The notes below the pieces were generated by a model. It had not been told where the DNA came from and did no database searches. It saw only the letters and a program-made list of their open reading frames with translations. Below, one piece after another: positions 58,737-64,000 of a stretch of DNA of 64,000 nucleotides (the first letter of the stretch is position 1; each line of letters opens with the position of its first letter). Position numbers and translations under genes: made by a program. The stretch is from Planctomycetota bacterium (lineage in GTDB: Bacteria; Planctomycetota; SZUA-567): contig JAISJR010000006.1 of assembly GCA_031261425.1 (NCBI GenBank), positions 9,701-73,700 of the forward strand, written 5' to 3'.

Positions 58737-59704
58737 TTTCGGACGCCATACGCCATATAGCCCGCCAGCAACAAAAACACGCCGCCCGCAAACGCCAAGC
58801 GTCCGCCGGTTGAAAGTTCGCTCTGGCGCAAAAAACTTTCGATGAGCGCCGCGAGCAAAACCAAAATCGCCACGCCCAACGCGCCGCTCAACACTTCGCG
58901 CCCGCACGCCCGCAAACTCGCCAAGCGCGAGCGATAACCGGGCGCGATAATCGCCCGCGCCAACGCCAACCCGAAACCGCCGCACAACACCACCGCGCCG
59001 AGTTCGGGAATGGCGTGCGGCAGAAACCACGCCCACGTTTCGGCGTAAATGCCGTGACTGTGATACAGGTGCAAAAACGCGCCGATGAGCATCCCGTTGT
59101 AAAAAATCAACAACACCGTCGGCGCGCCCAACAACAGCCCCGACACCAACGTGAACAGCGCCACCCGCAAATTGTTGACGAACAGCAACGCCGAAAAAAA
59201 CGCTTTTTCTTGATTGCCGTCGTCGCGACCGGCGCGCAAGACCGCCTCCAACGTTTCGCGTTCCGCGCCGGGCGCGCGCGGGTCTTCGATGCCGTAAGCG
59301 TCGCCGGTCAGAAACGTGTAGGCGACGAGCGGGTCGCGCTCAATCAGCGCGTAACTCGCGCCGATGCCGCCGAGCATAATCAGTAGCGCCAACAAATGCG
59401 CGCGCCAATGCGCCGCAAGAATTCGCGGCAGGGTCGCGCCGAAAAAACTGCCGGCGCCCCGCCCCGAACGGGCGGGCGGCGTGTAAATGACGCTGTGCGC
59501 CGCCGCGACGAGTTGATTGAGATATTGTTGGAGCGCGGCGTCGGTCGTGCGGGCTTCGATTTGCGCCAAGTCGGCGGCGGCGCGGCGATAAAGATAATCA
59601 AACCGCCATAATTCGGCGGCGGACAAGCCGCGCCACGCGCGCGCCCGCGCCGTCAACGTCGCGAGTTCAGCCCAGTCCTGTCGGCGGCGCGTGCGATTGG
59701 TCAT
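58706..59704 (-). CDS. Polytopic membrane protein, SpoIIM/DUF95-like (weak)
   Basis: Cytoplasmic N-domain then ~5 TM helices. Confidence 0.45.
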   Translation of the reverse strand: MTNRTRRRQDWAELATLTARARAWRGLSAAELWRFDYLYRRAAADLAQIEARTTDAALQQYLNQLVAAAHSVIYTPPARSGRGAGSFFGATLPRILAAHWRAHLLALLIMLGGIGASYALIERDPLVAYTFLTGDAYGIEDPRAPGAERETLEAVLRAGRDDGNQEKAFFSALLFVNNLRVALFTLVSGLLLGAPTVLLIFYNGMLIGAFLHLYHSHGIYAETWAWFLPHAIPELGAVVLCGGFGLALARAIIAPGYRSRLASLRACGREVLSGALGVAILVLLAALIESFLRQSELSTGGRLAFAGGVFLLLAGYMAYGVRKNNSQFTINN

Positions 59705-59904
59705 AGCGATTGAAAAGTTAAGAGTTTAGATTCAAGCAGTATAGTCGCGCCCCGAGTAGTCAGGTATAGCGTTAGTTAAACTCGCGCGAAGCGAAGCGGT
59801 TAAACCAATCAAATTAACGCAAAAAATCGGTTACACTTGCGTCCTTTCGGCGACTATAAGTTGTAAGCAAATTTTTCGCCCACCTCTTTTACAAGGACGC
59901 CCCG

Positions 59905-62361
59905 ATGAAAAACATCCTCCTCGCGCTGTGGTTCGCGCTTCTGCCCTTTGCGCCGGCAAATGCGGCAAACGCGGCGGACGACGACTATCCGAAATCATTG
60001 TCTCTGCCCGCCGGCGAGTTGTCGATTTATCGCCCGCAACCCGAAGAATTAAGCGGGACGACGTTGAAATCCCGCGCCGCCGTCGCGTTCACGCCGTCCG
60101 GCAAAACCGACAAGGAATTCGGCGCGGCGTGGTTTGCCGCCGAACTCGACAGCGACCGCGACGAGCGTCTGGCGACCGTGCGGAAAATCGCGATGACCAA
60201 ACTGAAATTCGCCGACGCGACCGCGCTCGACGCCGAAGCGATTAAAATTTCTTTCAACGCGCTCGCCGCGCCGTCGTCGTTCAAAATTTCGCTCGAAGAT
60301 TTGACCGCCGCGTTGCGGGCGGCGGCGGACGACGAAAATATCCGCCACGACCCGCCGAAAATTTTTGTCCGCCGCGCGCCGGCGATGCTCGTCGTCGTGG
60401 ACGGCGACCCGCAGTATTCGCCGGTGGAAAATTCCGCCGTGTTGCAACTCGTCAATTCGCCGTTCGGCATTTTTTTGCTCGATAAAAAATACTATCTCGC
60501 CGGCGGGACTTCGTGGTTCGCCGCGCCGGCGCTCGCCGGCAAATGGCGCGCGCTCGCCGCCGAAAAAGTTCCCGCCGCGATTATTTCAGCGGCGGCGGAC
60601 GACGTCGTGATGCCGAGCATCGCCGCCGCGCCGGAAATTATCGTCAGCACCGAACCGGCGGAGTTAATCGAAATCGACGGCGCGACGCGAATGTCGCCGC
60701 AAAACGGCAATTTAATGAAAGTAACCAACAGCGAAAACACGTTGTTCTACGACGCCGGTAGCGGCAAGTATTTTGTGCTGTTGTCGGGGCGGTGGTTCGC
60801 GAATAAAGAATTGAGCGAGAAAAATTGGGCATATGTCGAAGCCGACGCGCTACCGGCGGACTTCCAAAAAATTCCGGCGAGCGACGAAAATTTTGCCGCG
60901 CGCGCGGCGGTGGCGGGAACGGACGAAGCGGTCGAGGCGGCGATGGACGCGCAGATTCCGCACACGACAAAAATTTTGCTGAAAGACGCGCCCGTCGTAA
61001 CCGTCGAATACGACGGCGACCCGCAATTTGCGACCGTCGAAAACTCCGCCGTGCGTTATGTCGTCAATGCGTCGCAACCGGTTTTTTACTATCAAAACTT
61101 GTATTACGCTTGCGTGAACGGCGTGTGGTATGCCGGCGCGACGCCGCATTTATGGACGGTTTGCGCGGTCGTGCCGGACGCGCTGTATCAATTGCCGCCG
61201 AGTCATCCGTATTACTACACGCGCTACGTGTATGTCTATGAGCGGTCGCCGGAATACGTCATCGTCGGCTACACGCCGGGTTACACCGGCAGTTTTTACT
61301 ATCGCGGCGTCATCGTCTATGGCACCGGTTATTACTATCGCCCGTGGTATCGGCACCGGTATTTTCCGCGCCCCTACACTTTCGGTTTTCGCGCCGCCTA
61401 TCACAGTTCTTCGGCGGATTGGTTTTTCGCGATTGGCCGGCGGAGTTCGAGCGGCTTTTTCGCGGTGAATTTCCGTCGCGACGCCTACGCCGGCAATTGG
61501 TGGGGACCGCAACGCTACCGCGATAGCAACCTCAATTTTTTCGCCGACGCCAACCGGCGCAACGTGTATGACGACGCGCGACGCGACCGCCCCGCTCCGC
61601 GTCCGGTGTTGCGCCCGCGTCCCGCGCCGGTCGTCGCGCGGCATAACGAGCCGCGTTCCGCCGCCCCCGTAGTGCGCGATAACGTCCGCGAGAGCATTAT
61701 GACCGACCGTAGCGGCAACGTGTATCGGCGCGGCGAAAACAACCAATGGCAACAACGGCAAAACAACGGCTGGGTGAACCGCGCCCCGCAATACAGCGAG
61801 CAGTCGGTAGTGAGCAGTGAAACCCGTCAAGCGCCACCGGCGAAAAACAGCGGGCAGTCGGCAGTGAGCAGTGGGCAGTCAACCCGTCAAATCGAACCGG
61901 CGAGAAACAGTGGGCAGTCAGCAGTGAGCAGTGGGCAGTCGGTAACCCGCCAAGCGGAACCGAATCGTCAACGCGAATCGGCGCAACCGCGTAAAGAAGA
62001 ATCGGTGAAACCGCGCCAACCGGAACCGGCGCGGCAACCGGCGACTCCGAAACCGACGCCGATAACTCGTCAAGCCGAACCGGTGAGAAACAGTGGGCAG
62101 TCGGCAGTGAGCAGTGAAACCCGTCAAGCGCCACCGGCACGACAACCGGCGACTCCGAAACCGACGCCGATAACTCGTCAAGCCGAACCGGTGAAACGAC
62201 AAGCGATTCCGGCGACTCGCCAAGCGGAACCGGCGGCGCCGGAACGGCAACAGAAAGTGGCGCGGAGTCGCGCGGAGAGCGTGGAAGACGAAGCGGCGGC
62301 GCAAGACCGCTCCAATAAGCGCGCGGAAAATTTCAAGCGCGACCGCGGCGGGAAGAATTAG
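59905..62361 (+). CDS. Secreted protein with internally duplicated domain, Tyr-rich segment and C-terminal tandem repeats
   Basis: Signal peptide; 'DGDPQYSPVENSAVLQLVNSPFGIFLLDKKYYLAGG'/'DGDPQFATVENSAVRYVVNASQPVFYYQNLYYACVNG' duplication; Tyr-rich 'YYTRYVYVYERSPEYVIVGYTPGYTGSFYYRG'; C-terminal 'NSGQSAVSS..TRQAEP' repeats. Confidence 0.65.
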   Translation: MKNILLALWFALLPFAPANAANAADDDYPKSLSLPAGELSIYRPQPEELSGTTLKSRAAVAFTPSGKTDKEFGAAWFAAELDSDRDERLATVRKIAMTKLKFADATALDAEAIKISFNALAAPSSFKISLEDLTAALRAAADDENIRHDPPKIFVRRAPAMLVVVDGDPQYSPVENSAVLQLVNSPFGIFLLDKKYYLAGGTSWFAAPALAGKWRALAAEKVPAAIISAAADDVVMPSIAAAPEIIVSTEPAELIEIDGATRMSPQNGNLMKVTNSENTLFYDAGSGKYFVLLSGRWFANKELSEKNWAYVEADALPADFQKIPASDENFAARAAVAGTDEAVEAAMDAQIPHTTKILLKDAPVVTVEYDGDPQFATVENSAVRYVVNASQPVFYYQNLYYACVNGVWYAGATPHLWTVCAVVPDALYQLPPSHPYYYTRYVYVYERSPEYVIVGYTPGYTGSFYYRGVIVYGTGYYYRPWYRHRYFPRPYTFGFRAAYHSSSADWFFAIGRRSSSGFFAVNFRRDAYAGNWWGPQRYRDSNLNFFADANRRNVYDDARRDRPAPRPVLRPRPAPVVARHNEPRSAAPVVRDNVRESIMTDRSGNVYRRGENNQWQQRQNNGWVNRAPQYSEQSVVSSETRQAPPAKNSGQSAVSSGQSTRQIEPARNSGQSAVSSGQSVTRQAEPNRQRESAQPRKEESVKPRQPEPARQPATPKPTPITRQAEPVRNSGQSAVSSETRQAPPARQPATPKPTPITRQAEPVKRQAIPATRQAEPAAPERQQKVARSRAESVEDEAAAQDRSNKRAENFKRDRGGKN

Positions 62362-62375
62362 GGAAAAGAAAGATT

Positions 62376-62419
62376 AAGTGTTTTAAGAATCTTCAGATTC
62401 TTCAGATTCTTAAAACACT
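62376..62419 (+). terminator. Rho-independent terminator / palindrome
   Basis: 'gtgttttaagaatcttcagattcttcagattcttaaaacac'. Confidence 0.6.
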
Positions 62420-62436
62420 TAATCCCCTTTTACGCA

Positions 62437-62931
62437 TTATTTTGCCGGTTTCAACGATTTGACGATGCTTTCTATCGCTTTGGCGTGAACTTTTTCGGAT
62501 TCGTCGGTGGAGAAACTCAGAATTAACGACGCCATGCCGCTACCTTCTTTCGCGACGACTAAGACGCTGACATTTACCGCGTCGCCGTCCATTTCGCCGG
62601 TGCCTTCGGTCAACCACGCGTGAAAGCCGTTAATATCGACCGGTTCCTGATTCCATTCCTGCGTTGCCTCAAAATCTTTCACGATTTTGTCAAGTTCCGG
62701 CGCCAGTTCTTCCATTGCCGCGCTGAAATCGTCTGCCGCGACGCTCATAATGACTATCCCGCAACTTTCGTCCGCCGACAACGCCGACACGACATCCTCC
62801 ACTTCGACCTTCCAATCCTGCGGAAACGTAATCGACAAGGCGGGAGTTTTCTTCGGGAAAATCACCTCGGCGCCCAAAATCACGCCATTCAACGCGATTA
62901 ACGCACATACCGCCACCAAGAACTTTTTCAT
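62437..62931 (-). CDS. Secreted hypothetical protein
   Basis: Signal peptide 'MKKFLVAVCALIALNGVILGA'. Confidence 0.55.
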   Translation of the reverse strand: MKKFLVAVCALIALNGVILGAEVIFPKKTPALSITFPQDWKVEVEDVVSALSADESCGIVIMSVAADDFSAAMEELAPELDKIVKDFEATQEWNQEPVDINGFHAWLTEGTGEMDGDAVNVSVLVVAKEGSGMASLILSFSTDESEKVHAKAIESIVKSLKPAK

Positions 62932-63215
62932 TCGCTTCTCCTACATAAAAAATAGCGCGACCACCGCGCTGACCTCACTTATTCTATGCGCCAAACGCGG
63001 CGCCGTCAAATCACGGTTTGCGCGATAGATTGCCGTTACAAAAGTGAAAATCTCGCTTACCGGCGCCGATTTCTTTCAGGCGGAAAGAATTGGAAATGCT
63101 CGACATTAGAAATGCTCCATTCAATTGATAACGGCTTTTTTCTTTTGGCGTAACATTTAACGGCGCGTATGCTTCGCCGGCAAAAATAGGTCTAACCTCA
63201 CATAAAGGGCTACCG

Positions 63216-64000
63216 ATGACCGAGAAAATTTCACCGACTAACGACTTGGCGTTTAAGAAAATTTTTGCCAGCGAAAAAGACAAAGATGTCTTGGCGGGTT
63301 TGGTCAACGATTATTTCGGCTATCACCTCACCGCCGCGGAAATCGAACTCCGCAATCCATACAGCATTGAGGCGTATCGCGAATTTTTGCGCGACGGTTC
63401 CGGCGCGGGCGCGGCGAAGTTGCGGCAAACCGCGCGCGATATTACCGCCGTGCTGAAACCGCAAGACGCCGATTTCACCGCCGAATTACAGATAAATAAA
63501 GAGTATCATTTTCTCCCGCGCTCGTTGTATTATCCCTGCGACCTTTTTTGCGACGGGTATAATCAGTTTCCACCGCCCAACGCGGCGGGAAAAATTGACC
63601 GTTATGCGTCGCTTCGTCCGGTGTTGTCGCTGAACATTACGAAGTTTAATTTGTTTCCCGATGACGACGATGCGTGGCGGATTTTTGAATTGTATGACGT
63701 GCGCCATCAGCGGAGTTTTCCGAAAAATTATTTACGAATTGCGTATTTTGAATTGCGCAAAAAGAATTTTGCCAACGATAATCAGCGTTATTGGCGGGAT
63801 TATTTTTTGAGCGGCGCGGTGGCGGAGTCGGCGCCTGAACATATCCGCCGCGCGGCGCGATTACTTGAAGCGGTGAACTTTACGGAGGAGGAGCGCAAAA
63901 TGGTATCGTTAGAAGAAAAAGCCCTCGCGACTTACGAGGCGGAGATGGTCTATGCTTGCGGCGAAGCCGAAGCCAAAGGCGAAGCCAGAGGCGAAGCCAA
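63216..64000 (+). CDS. PD-(D/E)XK nuclease-family transposase (Rpn-like), partial at window edge
   Basis: N-terminal 'PTNDLAFKKIFASEKDKDVLAGLVN' characteristic of the Rpn/PDDEXK transposase family; the ORF continues to the end of the window. Confidence 0.65.
   Translation, partial: MTEKISPTNDLAFKKIFASEKDKDVLAGLVNDYFGYHLTAAEIELRNPYSIEAYREFLRDGSGAGAAKLRQTARDITAVLKPQDADFTAELQINKEYHFLPRSLYYPCDLFCDGYNQFPPPNAAGKIDRYASLRPVLSLNITKFNLFPDDDDAWRIFELYDVRHQRSFPKNYLRIAYFELRKKNFANDNQRYWRDYFLSGAVAESAPEHIRRAARLLEAVNFTEEERKMVSLEEKALATYEAEMVYACGEAEAKGEARGEA

Overview
GC-rich bacterial chromosomal window with fairly ordinary gene content but heavily colonised intergenic regions. Most high-GC antisense ORFs in the six-frame track (e.g. 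472..2529 +) are artefacts. Supported genes: pyrC, one tRNA-Leu(GAG), a TolC-family efflux OMP, a fused polytopic-membrane/spermidine-synthase protein, a LysM coiled-coil protein, an MBL-fold hydrolase, a ~1950-aa TM protein with a degenerate kinase-like N-domain and ~1500 aa of TPR/Sel1 repeats, a lipoate-protein-ligase-family protein, hslV (no hslU nearby), two tandem paralogs of an unknown protein separated by a BrnT-like toxin cassette, a VWA protein, a small Lys/Ala-rich histone-H1-like protein, glycosyltransferases, murI, a co-directional flagellar block flgF-flgG-flgA-flgH-flgI, bioD, a HepT/MNT (HI0074/HI0073) pair, a PIN-domain toxin pair, an SPFH protein, pyrE, apgM-type phosphoglycerate mutase, miaB, an RlmI-like methyltransferase, xerD, htpG, and a partial PD-(D/E)XK (Rpn-like) transposase at the 3' edge. 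The striking feature is at least five families of AT-rich palindromic/MITE-like repeats filling nearly every intergenic gap: (R1) inverted arrays of the heptamer AGAGTTG/CAACTCT around a variable core; (R2) 'aattaaaaattacaaatt' arms around a perfect hairpin 'ggagtttgattttcaaattcgcttcgcgcaatttgaaaatcaaactcc'; (R3) elements with perfect 21-bp TIRs 'gctctattcaattgccacgcc'; (R4) a 213-242 bp MITE with imperfect TIRs and clean 7-bp target-site duplications in all three copies; (R5) ~175-195 bp elements with nested 24-bp and 13-bp inverted repeats and swappable internal hairpins. Several share a GCGAAGC(G) loop motif. R4 and R5 copies sit inside R2 elements. No CRISPR array and no rRNA were seen. 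I could not identify a novel system with confidence; the candidates are the repeat landscape, the paralog/toxin locus, and the uncharacterised genes boxed by repeats next to xerD.
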